From: Camelus ferus
Lineage: Eukaryota
NCBI RefSeq assembly: GCF_009834535.1
Contig: NC_045697.1
Coordinates: 79,424,001 to 79,488,000, forward strand
Length of the DNA: 64,000 nt
Reading direction: 5' to 3'
Shown: positions 36,473 to 50,820 of the stretch, one piece after another
Layout: each line of letters begins with the position of its first letter
Position numbering within the stretch: position 1 is the stretch's first letter
Made by a program: the position numbers and the translations under genes
Notes under the pieces: model-generated
What the model saw: the letters and a program-made list of their open reading frames with translations, nothing else
Told to the model about the DNA's origin: nothing
The model's database searches: none

Positions 36473-39213
36473 GTATTTGCAAAAATAACATTACTACATA
36501 AATAGTTCAGGAAGAAAATGTTTAATGGAGAACTATCACTGTACTTATTATTTGGTAGCTTTATTTTTCCATTGTAGATATCTTGGTTATCTTTTCATGT
36601 TGATTTATGCAGAAGACTTATGTGTGATATTTCATTCTGTTTATTGCACCTTGCCTATCTGAGCTTCCATTGAACAGTCCATATGAACTGTTTCCATTTA
36701 AAATGTTGTTTTAAAAGTATGGAGTTTGTTTTCAAATGGCTGCTACGAACACAGGAAAAAAAAAATCTAGAAATCAGCCTTAGGCATAACTGAAGTCTGT
36801 CATTTTATTCAGGAATATCACAGAGTGGCAGAAAGCCTTCCCAGAACTGAACCTCCAGGGTGTGTACGTGACTGGCATCTTAATCTCTCATCAGGATATC
36901 AAGAAGGTACTCGACAGCCATGGGGTTCATCTCCTTGGCTACAAACCCGTCCCTAGTTCTGTCAGCTTTGTCCAGCAGTTGGAACATCATTTGACTGTCC
37001 CTTTATGCACTGTAGGAAGCAAACAATCAAGAATCTATTTGCTTCTATGGGCCAGAGCTTTGAGGAGATTGGCTACATCACTGGTTGGGGTGGCAGCAAC
37101 TTACTACTACCAAAAATAGGTATCCTGGCAAGTTGCCACTGACACACTAGTTTTTTTCTCTCCATAAAGGAAAGCTAGCATACACACTCACGGAGGAAAA
37201 GAATGATCAATACATAGTTGCTAAACCCTATTAGGAGGATTCTGAGGAAATATGCTCCAGTTGATCCAGAATAATCAAAAGAGGGCGTATGTTTCAAGAA
37301 TTCAGTGAATTTCAAGGAGAATTGTCATAAGGTGACTTTGGAGAGGTTATCTAGTAAAATTTCAGAAATTCTCCCCTTGGCAATCTATAGAACAAGATAA
37401 GCACTCATTCAACAAGTTATCTGTGTTAGACACTGTTGTAGTACCTGGAAGACATGAGTGAAGCACATCAGGGATCATTCTCTACAGGAGAGAGAGACAA
37501 ACAAAAGTAAGTAAAAAAATTACACAATTTGTTAGATAAATCCTAGGGACAATCAAAAAAAGGTGGTGGAGGAGAAAACCCCATTTATTAATCTATGTAT
37601 TCTTACTTAATCAAGGGAATGCTTATTTATTTACCCCTGCTACATATCAGAGCTGAAAACTATAGACATTAGAGATATCAAGAAAAGGTAAGGGCTCCTG
37701 CCCTTGAGGAATTTACCACTTTGGGGAAGACAGGCAAGTCAACATAAAATTGCAGTACAATGCAAGTGACTTGACAAGTTAAACCAGATGATATGAGATG
37801 GGTTCCTGACATCATAATTCTGCATGACCTTTCAAGATCCCTAACCTTTCACCCTCTGGGTAAGTGTATTCCTTCCGTTATCCAATAGTTAGCACATAGT
37901 AATTGCTTACCAAATATTTGTTTAATTGAGCTAAATTGAACAGTGTGCTTGAGGATGGTCCCCAAGGTCATGTGTTGATTTAGTTGTATAAATGATATTT
38001 TCATTTCAAGTTGCTGATTCTCAATATTCACATTCCTTTTTTTTTAAAGTACCTACTTCGGACCTGCCAGTGTGCATGCATATCAGTGGAGTTTGCTTCC
38101 TTTAACTGCAACACTTAATTTTATATAAGCACCTTGCTCAATATCACTTTCACGTATGCTGTACACCAGAGATTGACACAACATTATAAACTGACTATAC
38201 TTCAATAAACATATGTGTGTGTGTGTATATATATGTATACATGAATGAATGTATACATATACAATGAATAAACAAATGCCAAAACAATGAAAAAAAATCA
38301 CTTTCACAAGGAAAACCTCATCTCAATGAAGTAGGTACCATTGTTATCACTACTTTAAAAATGAAGAAACTGAAGCACTTGCCCAAGGTCATAATAGTTA
38401 GCTAGTTTAGGAATTAAACTCAGTTCTCTTACTGTAAAGACCACGCATTTAATGATTAGGACACCTCCCTTTCTCCTGACCAGTCCCTGCTTCCTTCCTT
38501 TCTGCCTTCCTTACTTCCGTCTTTCCAACCAATGCTTTGCACCTCACAGTAGAGATGCACTGCAGTTTATATAACTGTGTTTCTGCTGGACTTGCAGTTG
38601 TCTGCTCTATTTTACTACTAAAAGCAATGCTGCAGTGAACATCATATCCTCCACCTTTGTTGATGTGTGTGTGTCTGCAGAACAGATTTCTGAAATAGCA
38701 ATTCTGGGGCAGATACATTTTATATAGCGTGTCTGAAAGAGTCCAAAAATGCTGTAGAAATTTTTACTGCCAACAACAATTAGTACATTCCTCTAAATTC
38801 AACCTCTTACCTTTCAACTTGGTTTAAAGGACAGTTGTTGTATAGGTATTTTATATTTTTATAAGGCTGTATCTTTTAATCTGCTTTTAACAGAAAATCA
38901 TTTCCTAGTCTGAAACCTGTGAATCCTATCTGTACTTCACTTCTTGTTTTTTTATGTCTGGAAGATTGAGATTTAAGCAGAGATCTTTCTTGAGTTATCA
39001 TGAGTGAGTCTGTTCTTTGCAGCCAAATATAACCTTAATTAATACCATTTAAAAAAAATCACATCTTTTTAAATGCCTTAAGAAGCTTATAGAAAAGCAA
39101 TTGGAGTGAAAAACTAGGAAAGAGTCAACATGATCACTTGTACTTAGTCCCCACTTGTCTGTTGACTTTCTTAATGATACTGCACAAATAAGACTGCCTT
39201 ATTCATACACAAG

Positions 39214-39308
39214 TCGTGCCCTGGCATCATCATTTGCATAGATTACAATATGAATGGTGTTCTTGGATTTGTGCAGTGCACAATCTGCACACCATACATG
39301 GCAGCTCA
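39214..39308. mobile_element. MER91-like hAT element
   Basis: ATATGAATGGTGTTCTTGGATTTGTGCAGTGCACAATCTGCAC resembles recalled MER91. Confidence 0.5.
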
Positions 39309-40239
39309 GTACACAAGGATGTTTAGCTTTTTGTATTTTGTATTTGAGAGAATTCTTCCACTACTGAAGGAAACAAAACAAACTAACATTCTTATAAATC
39401 CTTACAAGTAGTCCAGGTCTGTGATGATCCAAACCTGGAGGTATGATTTGTATTATAGACCAGATCATCATCTAAGTAGAGACTTCAGGAACAGGAATTA
39501 GAATAGGGATATCTAAATGTGGTCTGTCTCCCAGAGATTTTCATCCATTATAGGACAGTGCTTTTCATGATTAATCATTCTGTAGCAATACTTAAAGCCA
39601 TAATTATAACTACTTCAAGGTTATGGAATATAGTTTCAAGTTACTGGAAGGCTTTAGATTTGCTTTATCTTGACTGAGCAGGTCTTGGTCTAAGAAAAGT
39701 GTTTTTGTTTTTAATCCTACAAATCAATGAGTAAAAGTTACACAACTTAATAGAAAAATAGGTGAGGAAGGGGAAGTATAAATGGCCAATAACCTAATAA
39801 ACAGACCTATAAACTCATTAGTAACCAAAAAATGCAAATGAAAATAAAATGAGGTGCCCTGCCATTTTATGGGTCAATTAGATTAATGAAAATAAAAAAG
39901 ATTAGTATTATCCAGTGTGGTCAGGAGTAGGGTAAAGGAGTAACATAATACAGTGTTTTGTGAATTGATAGAACTTTACCACTATGCACCTGGAATCCAC
40001 AGTAGTATTTACAGTAATAGCTTATGCTGATGAACAGTTACTAAAAGAATCGACTGACAATATCAACATGCTTATATCCCTACAATGGGCTTAGCTGATG
40101 CCAGGAAAAGAAAAGGCTATTTCATGCCTTGAATCCATTTGATAAGCCTCTTGCTTTGTTATCTTTTCACTGGAATAGATCTAGATTTGTATTTCCATGA
40201 GTTTCTAGTGGCATGAATAAATAAAAATTATCAGGAGTT

Positions 40240-40357
40240 GGGGTAGGATATAGCTCAGTGGTAGAGTGCATGCTTAACATGTGTGAGGTCCTAGGTTCAA
40301 TCCCCAGGACCTCTATTTAAAAATAAATAAATAAATAAACGTAATTACCCCTTCCCC
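40240..40357 (+). mobile_element. vic-1-type SINE
   Basis: Intact A and B boxes; ATCAGGA flanking direct repeat; no residual poly(A). Confidence 0.88.
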
Positions 40358-42507
40358 ATCAGGATTTAAGGAGTTTTTATTTTCCTGTATTTGAAGAACA
40401 TTTCGTGGAATTAATGAAGTAACCTTTCAAACACACACCTGCCTAATCCTTATTTTAATATAAAATGATATGTACCAAAATAGGATGGACATTTAAAAAT
40501 TAAACTTCATGTCTTGTAGGGTAACTAGTGAATTCATTATTCAAGTAATAAATTACATTTTGAACTGAATGAGTTTGGAAAAGAATAATGTGCATCTTAC
40601 AGTACTTTACCTAAAGTATTACAAAATCCATTATTTCTATTGCAGTGTAAATCACAGCTCACAAACTAAAATGTGCAAGAAATAGAACTTTATTTTCCTA
40701 TATTTCAACTGTATTTCAAGTCCCACATCCCACAAAGTTTCATAATCTCAATCACTTTAGTGTTCTGTCCTTTTCTCTTAGTGTTGAGTCAAAATCCTGG
40801 AGGCTTATAGAATACCAAGTTGAGGAGACCCATTTGTCTCCAGAAATATATCTGAGAATGCCACTGTCCCAATTATGACATCCCAAGTCTTGAATTTACT
40901 CCAGGTGCGTAGGTATTCCTGTATCCCTGGCCCATGTAGTTCTCATGCTACTTCTTGGCCATGAGTAGGACAGAAGAATAACTCCAGAGCTTTTGTGCAG
41001 TAATGGAACTTGCCCGGCTCATGAAGTGAACACTCAGTGATGCTGATACTCTTCTCTTCACCTTTCAATCAGAGTAAGGACCCAGCAACGTATTTACAGA
41101 ATAAATGCGAGAACAAATGAGAAAGAAATTACATTATTTGCGATTTTTTTTTGGTTGTAAGAAACAGAAATTGACTCCATTACATTAAGCAAAGGAAACG
41201 TTATTGTAAGAATACAGGGGAGGTACATGAAATCTGAGGAAGAAATAGGTGAATAATAATGCCTCAAGAAGTGCAGGCAGTCTGGACAGTCAGAGTTTTT
41301 AGAGAGGCTGCTTTACGTCGCTGTGCAGTTGACTCAAGCAATGCTGTGTGGGCTCGTGGACTCTCACTTCAAAATTTCCAGTTCCCAGGAGGCAGCCTGA
41401 CGGACCAAGTCTGAGTCAAATGCATACTTAGACTGGTCAGTTGTGGCCAGAGGAATAGATTTTCTGAATACTAACTCTAGGACTACGGGTTTGGAAGTAT
41501 TTCTTAAAGAGGACAAAAGTTGTTAACGGAACATTCCCTCCACTAATTCTTTTATAGTAGAGTTGAAAGAACAGCACATATAAAAATACTAAATTTGGAA
41601 CTTGCCTGGCATGTTTGGGACATAGCGAAGAATCTCAGCAGCTGAAGAAGGTTGGGAAAAAGTAGGAAAAGATAAAGAATGGGATAGGTTGATAAGGATC
41701 AGTCTATAGAAATGTTCTGAATGTCAGACTTGGGGGTTTGCCCTGGAGGCAATTGAAGATTCTAAACAAGGGAAAGATATCATGAAATACCAGTCTAACA
41801 GAACCATCAATATGTCAACTCTTTGAAGTGAGGAAGGAAAAACCAGGTATCAGTGAAACACGATTTGAAAACGACTAGAAATCTCAGACATGAAAAAATG
41901 GAGTTCAGTGAAAATGGAAAGCATATTATGAATGCAAGTCCTAGGTCCAAGGAAAAGCTTACAATCCTTGGTGATATAAATGTTGATGGAAGTGGAAGAG
42001 CCAAAGCCTGAGATTTTAGGCTGGATGGCAGAGCATAGCAATTGATTTAAAAAAAAAAAAAAAAAAGGTAAGATGAGAGTTGATTTTTAAGACATAGACT
42101 GGTAGGGTGGAGGTATGATTGTTAGGTTTTTAATATGTGCTATTTGGGGGTGAAATTCTAAGTGAAAATGTCCTACAGGCTGTTGGACAAATAGGAACTG
42201 TGATCAGATAATATCAAGAGGCCAAATCCAGGAACTTGGATTCCCCCATATAGCTGTGCTATTGAAGCTATGATGCTAGAATAGTACTCTGGAGAAGAGA
42301 GTGAAAGGTTACATGCATCAATCATATATTTGTAACTATTATATATTTAGTCATTTAAATATGCAAAGCACAAAGCTAGAACTCAATAAAAGTAACTCAA
42401 GTAATCATTGCTGCAAAAAGGATCCATGTTTCACAAGCAGCAATTTCACTAACAACTAACTCTTCAACTTCATATTGAAATACAACATGGGTGCTGAAAA
42501 CTGTACA

Positions 42508-42639
42508 TTATTTTGGGGGTGGGGGATGGAGGGGGAAATAATTAGGTTTATTTATTTTTTTAATGGAGGTACTGGGGATTAAATCCAGGACCTCGTGAAT
42601 GCTAGGCATGTGCTCTACCACTGAGCTATACCCTTCCCC
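42508..42639 (-). mobile_element. vic-1-type SINE
   Basis: Reverse-complement head and tail; TGAAAACT flanking repeat. Confidence 0.88.
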
Positions 42640-45600
42640 TGAAAACTACTTTAAAGCTTAGTAAAAATCAATGACACTTTACAAAAGGAACACACTTGGG
42701 TAACTAACATCCAAATCAAGAAACAGATAAGCAACCTAGGAACCCATCTTCCAGTCCCTTCACCAAGGGAGGACTCTTAGCATAGATTAGTTTCACCTGA
42801 ATTTGTGCTGTATCTAAACAGAATCAAACATTTAGATGTTTGTCACTGGTTTAGTCATTCCAGGATTGTTTCTAAAAGAAAAATTCAAAATCATCAAAAA
42901 GAAACTAGTTTATATTATAGTACATTTATACAAGTGAATACTCTAGCAATTAAGATTGAAATGGAGAAAAGATGTTGCAAACCAGTAATAGAGTATGAGT
43001 CCATCCACCTGGGTAAACATATTAAAGACAGTATGTCTCCTTTTAAAAAGCATATATCATATATGTACTGTTACATACACTAAACACATGCTAGAATAAC
43101 TCACAGGAAATTGATCATAGTAATCCCTTTCATGAAGAACTGAAGTAGTGACAAATACTTTTAAATTTTATGTCTTTCTGACCTATTTGCATATTTTAAT
43201 AAACATGAGTTGCTTGTATATAATTTTTAAATATGAATAGAAAGTTAAAGAACTCTCCAAAAACAAACCTTACTTTTAATACGAGAACACTTCTTGACAA
43301 CTGTACAATAAGACATTGGCCCTTGAACTTAAATTGTACTGTTAGAAAATGTCTGAAAATTCTAGGAGGAAATGGTGACCCACTTAAAGTTGTTTATTTA
43401 AACTGTTAAAATTGTTGGTTTAAACTTTGAATCAGGCCATTTTCACAGTCATCATTTTCAAGCTCCTAGAATAAAATTGGACTGATAATTAGTATGCATA
43501 TCTATTACTCAGGAAATCCAAACAGTTTTAAAAGAAAGTAATGGAAAAAACAAAAAGAAGAGAATGTTTGTGAGCTTTAGCTGCTATTACTAAGGAAACC
43601 AACTTTATTTGCCCTGTCTCTAGATTAAAAAAAAAAAAAGGCAAAAGAGTTTGATAAAGGATAAGGAAGACTAAATAAAGGAATGAAGATATATTTATTT
43701 TTAAATTATCTTAAGTAATGAAAAATAACTTTAAGTGTTTTAGTAAAAAATTTTTCCCATTGCTTTATTTCAGTTATATAAATAACACAAAATCTGAGGA
43801 AAAAATTAGAAAATAGGTAAGAAAAAAAGAAAAGGGTGTCATCAAAATTCTATACATGTTGTTACACTGTTTTATAACTTCCTATTTTTACTGAGTAGTC
43901 TACTGAAAATGTTTTCTGTCAGTAAATATCTTGAAGTCAGGCTTTTAATCTGCAAAATAGAGATAGTAATATCTACCATCTAGCACATGCCTGACATGTG
44001 GTAATCATTTATCAAATCTCTCAAACCTAGCATCATTGTTTTTAATAGCTATCTGGTATACCATTGTCTAGTTTTTATTATAAGTATCTGTGTGTGCTTA
44101 GGATAAGTTCCTAGAGGCACTGATGGCAGGCAAGAGGTAGAGTACAGAGGAGGAGTACATGAATTCCTAAGGAAAGGCCTGCTATTTCCATAAATTCCTA
44201 AGTAAAGGCCTGCTATTTCTAAAAGCTCTTCATGCTCCTCCTGTGAACTAAACATGCCTTGAGCCAGGCATGTCAGGAAACTACCTTGCTTCTATGACCA
44301 TGACTGATAGGCCAGAGCCAAAGGCACACAGGCGTGGGCTGACTTGGGGGAATCCAGTCCCGTCCAGTCGGTGTATTACTGGATCCAGCATCATCTTCTC
44401 TCTTGGATGGTAGGTTGATGAGGAGCAAGCTGAACTCCTGGGTTGTTCTCCCACAGAACTGTTTTCATCACAGGCTTGACTGGAATGGCTAATGAGCTGA
44501 CATCTATGTCATATTCTGAAATAATCTGGGTATGTCTGTCTCCTACCACTTTAAAGAAACTAACCTTCCACCTTTAAAACAAGAGAAACTGGAAGAAAGA
44601 AACACCTTAATTAGACATTTCTAAGAAACTTCAGGCTTTTCTTGGTTCTGAATTTGCCTGTCCTGCTTCTGAGCACCAGCTGAACTGCTGCTCACTATCT
44701 ATGCCAGCATGAATATTCATACATACTGTTTCTTCCCAAAATTATGTGTTCATTGTTTTAGTAATCTGATTAAAAACACTGCCTTTCTAAGAGTAAGCTG
44801 TCTGCAAACTTCAGACCACATTATGCTATTCACTTGCATTCCCCACTGACCCTACCTAGGATCTAGCCTTCAGGACTGTCCTCTGCTTCTATGGGCATAT
44901 ATTGGTTTGGATGCATCGAGCATTAGTCTCAGGTTTAGTATATCATATATCAGATTTTCGTAGATTACCTTTAAAGAAGAAAGGCTGACCTCAGTAAATG
45001 TTAGTGAATTAATAGATTTACTAGCTAAACAAAAGACCATATTCTCTATTACACATTTATCCTCTTTAACCAGAAACTGTCCAACTTGGTTCAAGGCAGC
45101 CTGGAAGTTATTACCCTATCCATATTTGATTATGAGTATCTGTGAGAGGGGCTTAATTTATGTACAGTGTATTTAATTCTACATAATATATGGTGACTCT
45201 GATTATAAAATAAATATAGCTAAGTGAAAAAATTAAGTTCAAGAGCAGAATGATCCCACTCTTGTAAAATAATTATACACATACATGTAGATTTAAAATT
45301 TGTATATGCATATAAAAATATGGACAAATACAAACCAAACTGTTAACACAGATTATGTATGCAGAATGGGATGGGATATGGATTTTCACTTTCTATTTTA
45401 TATATTTCAGTATTAATTAATAATAAAAGTGAATACTCAAAGCTGTTACCTCTGCCAGGCACTGTTATAAGCACTATGCATTTATTCACTCCTAACAATC
45501 CTATGAGATAGATACATTTTACATGTGAGGAAGCAGGATCAGAAAAAGTCACATGCTTGTCCATGGCCACACAGCTAGTAAATGGCAAAGCTGGGATTTC

Positions 45601-45655
45601 AAACCAGGTTTCTTCAGTGCCTAGATGTATAGGAAGCATCAAAAAAGATGTTGGT

Positions 45656-45927
45656 TACAGTTACTGAGAGGGAAAGGAGGGGTGGTAGAGGGATAAATAG
45701 GGAGTTTGGGATTTGCAGATACTATTTATAAAATAAACAACAAGGTCCCACTGTATAGCACAGGGAACTGTATTCAATACCTTGTAATAGCCTATAATGA
45801 AAAAGAATATGAAAAGGAATATATATATGTATATCTATTCTGATAGATATACATGTCTGAACCACTGTGTTGTACACCAAAAATTAACACAATATTGTAA
45901 ACTGACTATATTACTATTAAAAAAAAA
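45656..45927 (+). mobile_element. L1 3' end (artiodactyl type)
   Basis: AACAACAAGGTCCCACTGTATAGCACAGGGAACT motif, poly(A), AAAAAAGAT(AT)GTTGGT target-site duplication. Confidence 0.85.
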
Positions 45928-46056
45928 GATATGTTGGTCATTTCAATATTTGCACAAAAAGAATTTACCAAAATGCAACATCTTTTCACAAAAGAACTGT
46001 CAACAAATTGGATATAGAAGGATGTATATCAACATAATAAAGAAGAAACACTAAAA

Positions 46057-46190
46057 GGGGAGGGTATAACTCAAGTGGTAGAGCACATGCTTAGCATGCA
46101 CAAGGTCCTGGGACCTCCTCTAAAAATAATTAAACCTAATTACCTCCCCCGCCCAAAATATAATTAATTAATTAATTAATTTTTAAAAAG
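46057..46190 (+). mobile_element. vic-1-type SINE with internal B-box deletion
   Basis: GGTCCTGGG joined directly to ACCTCC; 15-bp AAGAAGAAACACTAA target-site duplication. Confidence 0.85.
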
Positions 46191-47230
46191 AAGAAGAAAC
46201 ACTAAGAGTCAAGTTTATCCTAGGGAAAAAAATTCCCCAGGAAAACTCATTCTTTAACCTTAACAGGGCCAATTTTCCCACCACTATTAGAAGCAGTCCA
46301 TGTTCCTTCAAGATGTCCCCAGTGTACATGAGGGTCATGTCATATGACAAATGAATCTTGAAATGCTAAAACACACTCAAGTCTAGTCCCATGTTCACAC
46401 TCAGAGAGGAATGTGGAAAAAGAAACCAAGGAAGAGCATATTACCATTTCCCAATTACGTTGACTTTCCCATACCAATTACATTGTTATCACACACTCTT
46501 TCTTCCTCTCCCCCTCCTGCCTTTCCTGCACTCCCCCTCCTGCCTTTCCTGCACTCCCCCTCCTTTTCTCCCTCTCTCCTTTCTGAGCTTGTTTGTTATT
46601 TAAGGTTAATGTACATATTTTCTGACTCTACCATAGTTGGTGGTTCCATAGGACCACAAGAAGAACTGAAATAGCAGGAACAGAGAAGAAAATACAAAAA
46701 TGATATGCATCTGCTGGCAAGGAATCTACCTAGCGATTTCCTTTGTTTTATATCAAGTAGGAAATCCCTACACTTCTTTTCTCACTATCCCAATGATTTA
46801 CTCTCCCAAAGCGCAAACTTCATTTCTCAATACTGAACACAGTTTCGGCAAAAAGTTAGTGCTGACCCTTTAAGTGTGTTGAATGAAACCCATGGGTTCT
46901 GTTTTTCAATACTTTGCTCTCTCCAGGTCTGAGAGTCCTGGACAGATTTGGAAAAGCTTCTCTTTGAAATCATCACTTCCTAGGCTATCAAGTCTTGACA
47001 AAATTTCTACCCTGATTTATTATTCATCAAATCTGCTCTTGATTTAAATTCACCACAATATCCTCAAGTCATGTGGACCCCAGAGTGAACAATTATAGCT
47101 CAATTATAGATGGTTTCTTAGACATGTAGCATATCAAAATTTAAAAAAAATCAAGATTAGTAGTGAACAGTATAGCATCACATTTTCCTTTTGTTCAATG
47201 TCTTTGACATATTCAAAATATCAAGGTTTT

Positions 47231-47410
47231 AATTTTTATTTATTTTTTATTGAGGTACCATTAGTTACAATGTGTCAGTTTCTGATGTACAGCACAAAGT
47301 CCCAGTCATGCATATAGATACATATATTTGTTTTCGTATTTTTTTCATTAAAGATGATTACAAAATATTGAACATAGTTCCCTGTGCTATACAGCAGAAA
47401 CTTTTTTTTT
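47231..47410 (-). mobile_element. L1 3' end
   Basis: ATAGTTCCCTGTGCTATACAG motif; AATATCAAG flanking repeat. Confidence 0.8.
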
Positions 47411-48749
47411 TAATATCAAGTTTTTAAGAGCTATTTTCAGCCTTGTTATTGCTCCAGTTAAAGACAGTGAAATTCAAGTCTAGATGCAGTTGAATTAAAT
47501 GAAGCTGACAGTGTTTGCAAAGGACATAGCAAGCAAGGATTTCGCTGGTTAGACTAAGGTTAAGTGGTACAGCCTTCACAGCTCAACACAAGTGGAGTTT
47601 CAGAAATGTAGTTCAGAAATACAGTGTTAGGATTAGTTCAGAAAAGCCTAAACTACTTTTGCATGATAGAACTTGGTGTGTTAGAGGTTATTTTTTCCAG
47701 CACAGATGTACATTAGAATTATTTTACACTCTGATGCTGGGAGAAATCAGGCAGAGAGTTGTTAAAGCACATTAAGTATACACACAACAGGAGAAAGACA
47801 TAATAAAGCAAGTAATTATTATATGTTTCACTCACAATTCCTGCTTTGAATGGCTTATGTTGCCAACAATATAAACCCATAGATTTTACGTCTATATCAG
47901 TATTCATGTTGGATGTCAACCTTTTTTTTTTTATTGTTATCATATCACTGCCTCATTGTAAATCTATCAGGATTCCCTGTTTACTGGTTACCATCTCTCT
48001 CAGTTTAGCATTCTGGGCTCACTGTCAACTCTCCAACCTCCACTTTTATTATTCCCTAACATGACCTTCTTCTTGAGCCAAGTTAATTGGCAGATAGCAC
48101 CCAGCATATGACTTGCTAGTTCCCCTTTTTTGGCCCTTGGAAAGGCCATTCTCTAAACCTGGAATGGCTTTCCCACTCTCTGCCAGTCCATATCCATCAC
48201 TTCCGCTCAATGCTGATCCAAAACTTAACTTTCTTCAAGGAGCCTTCCCATTCTGATCACTTCTTTACTGCATATTCCCTAATCACTTAAGCTCTGTGGT
48301 GCTTACTGATTTCCTTAAATTACTTCATATGACTGTTGTCTCTACAGAACTGGGACTGATTCTTTGTTTCTTTGTTATTTGAGTTGAATTTAGCACATGG
48401 CACCACTCAATGCTGTTTTCTGCAGGAGATTCTAATGCTATGCCACTGTAATAAAAATCAGAGTTAGTTGTTTTCCATTTTTAAGCCACTGAAAAGGAAA
48501 CACACAGAAAGATTGTAAAGCATAAAAATGATAAGCTTATTGGCTAAACTGATAAATGGAAGTGTGTACATAAACCAAGTGAAAAAGAAGCAGTGGCCTC
48601 AAATCTTTGATAGATAAAGGTAAAGCATAAATAAAAAATAAAAATCATATCACAAAAATAGTACATACACACTGATTTCAACTCAGTAAAATATTATGCA
48701 CATTTACTTCATACAATGTAAATAGTATTAGAGATTAATTTTTATCTAA

Positions 48750-48935
48750 ATTTATTTTTAAATTGAGGAATAGTTGATTTATAATATTTTATTATCAGGT
48801 GTATAGCAAAGTGATTTAGTATTTTTGTAGATTATACTCCATTTAAAATCATTACAAAATAATGGCTATATTTCCCTGTGCTATACAATATGTCTTTATT
48901 ATTTATTTCTTTTATACATAAAAATTTGTATCTTT
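48750..48935 (-). mobile_element. L1 3' end
   Basis: TATTTCCCTGTGCTATACAATA and ATAGTTGATTTATAATA motifs. Confidence 0.7.
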
Positions 48936-49176
48936 GTAAATTTGCTTGAGTATAACCAAAACGTGAGAGATGAGTGATAGAAGTGGGTAAACTCTGCTTC
49001 TTTGATATATGAATATGCCCCTCCCTTCCCTTCTTTCCATTCCTCCACAAACCCACAAGGATTGATAAAGAACCTATTCTGGACAGGGCATCAGATGTTG
49101 TGATCTATGTCCAGGTGAGGATTCTGATGCTCACTAACATTAAATAACTACTGCACTAGGGCCTAGTTCACTAGTT

Positions 49177-49351
49177 CACTGGTTCTCAAACTCCCGTGTG
49201 CAGCAGAATCATTGGAGGGCTTAGTTGCTGGGCTCCACTCACAGAGTTTCTGATTCAGTATGCCTGGGGTGGGAATGACAATTTGTGTCTTGAACAAGTG
49301 CCCAGTGATGCTGATGCTGCTGGTTCAGGGACCACACTTTGAGGAGCACTG
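49177..49351. mobile_element. MER5A-like DNA transposon
   Basis: Terminal inverted repeats CACTGGTTCTCAAA and TTTGAGGAGCACTG; AGAGTTTCTGATTCAGTA core. Confidence 0.75.
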
Positions 49352-50820
49352 TTCTCCTGATTATCTGATGCTTCCTACATGGGAATGTATAATTATCTCA
49401 TACAACAAATTTTTGTATATCATTTGACTTCTACTTGCTTAAGCCCCACATCATATTCCTTTGTAAGCTAATCTTTTTTCTGCTTCCAACATACCCTCTT
49501 TCCATTTATACAATTTTCCTTCCCCCAAGGCCTTTATGTAAAAAAGACCACCGTCCTCTAAATAGCATTTCCCTCCATCCCTGCTTCTTGTCTAACTTAC
49601 CTATGCCAAGAAAGAGGCAGCTATAATTAAAAGTTTTCCAAAGCAAGTTTTGGATGACTCTGCTTTAATTGGCATCCAAAGCTAATGTTTAATCCTAGAG
49701 TTGTGAGACCCTGCACAGGCCTGAACAAGTATTCGGTTTCCCCACACCTTTGGCCTCAAACTGCATAGCGTTGAAATGTAGTCTCTACTGATCCTGTACT
49801 TAAACTTTGAAATGGTTTGAAAAAGTAGAAGGGGACTTAAGATCTTTCTCATGTTGTTCTGATCTTAAAAGGTTCTTGAAAATAGACTTTACAAAGACAC
49901 AGAAGCTAGAAGAGGCCGTGGGTACTGGTTTGAGAGTGTGCGTGCTATCATAAGTGAGAAGAATGCTGTCACCACATGACAAATGTTCTTGCAGCAGCTG
50001 GGAAGGCATACAAGGCTTCCAATATGATACAGTGTATTTTTGTCTGGAGTCACGTAGCCCCGGCCTTTAGATATCTGGTTTGCACTTTGAAAGGATGGTC
50101 CAAGTACTAGATCATTTAAAATTTCTAATTATTATATGAAAAATGGAGAATTGCAAATGCTAAGTTTCTTAAACTTTCCCATCTCAAGGTTGAAACCAGA
50201 AACAACATAATCTGTTTCTTGTGGACAGGATCTGACTTTGGCAGACTTACACAGTCTTTATTTCTTACAGTATGATGTGGCTATATTTAGATAAGTCATA
50301 CCCTTCCAGGCCCTTGAAGTAACTTTTTCTTTTTTTTTTTTTTTTTTTTTTTTTTTGGCTCTACTGCTCTTAGAGGAAGAGAAGAGATCTATTAACATGA
50401 ATGGGAAATGGCCACAGAAGGGTTTTAATACAGTGGTGTATCTGAGATGAGGTTTAGGTGTTCTTCAGTTGCCAAGATTAAAGCGGTATTGTTTCCAGCC
50501 CACCAGAGAGGATAGGCCTTCTGCAAAATGAAGGTAGACAAGTTTATTTTCAGATCTCAAAGACTGTCCCATTCTGTGCCCTTTACCTCCTTGGCTGTTC
50601 CATCTGATTCTGATGCTTCCTCTCATGATTATATTTTCATTAAAATATTTTCTTAGATAATCCATTTCAAATGGTGACCTATATGATTCATTCATTTATT
50701 CTTTCAGCCAGTATTTACTGTGCAGCTATTAAGGGCGAGGCATTAACAACAAAATATATACCTGCCCTTGTTGAGCTTATGCTATAGTGAAAGGAGACAG
50801 TAATAAATATATAAATGCAT

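Noticed and set aside
36780..37145. Moderately GC-rich segment after LARP7 with an 85-aa ORF, possibly a pseudogene
   Set aside because: No recognisable protein, no poly(A) or target-site duplication; more likely an old LTR on the minus strand, but I cannot name the family
39416..39471. GTGATGA C-box-like motif with short inverted repeats, possibly a snoRNA
   Set aside because: No properly placed CTGA D box or terminal stem, and no host intron
44162..44220. Short tandem duplications (about 30 bp here; 18 bp near 22632; about 22 bp near 46512; 11 bp near 31984)
   Set aside because: Two-copy slippage duplications with no sign of function
44250..44275. p53-like half sites AAACATGCCT and AGGCATGTCA
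   Set aside because: 6-bp spacer and a mismatch, far from any promoter; expected by chance in 64 kb
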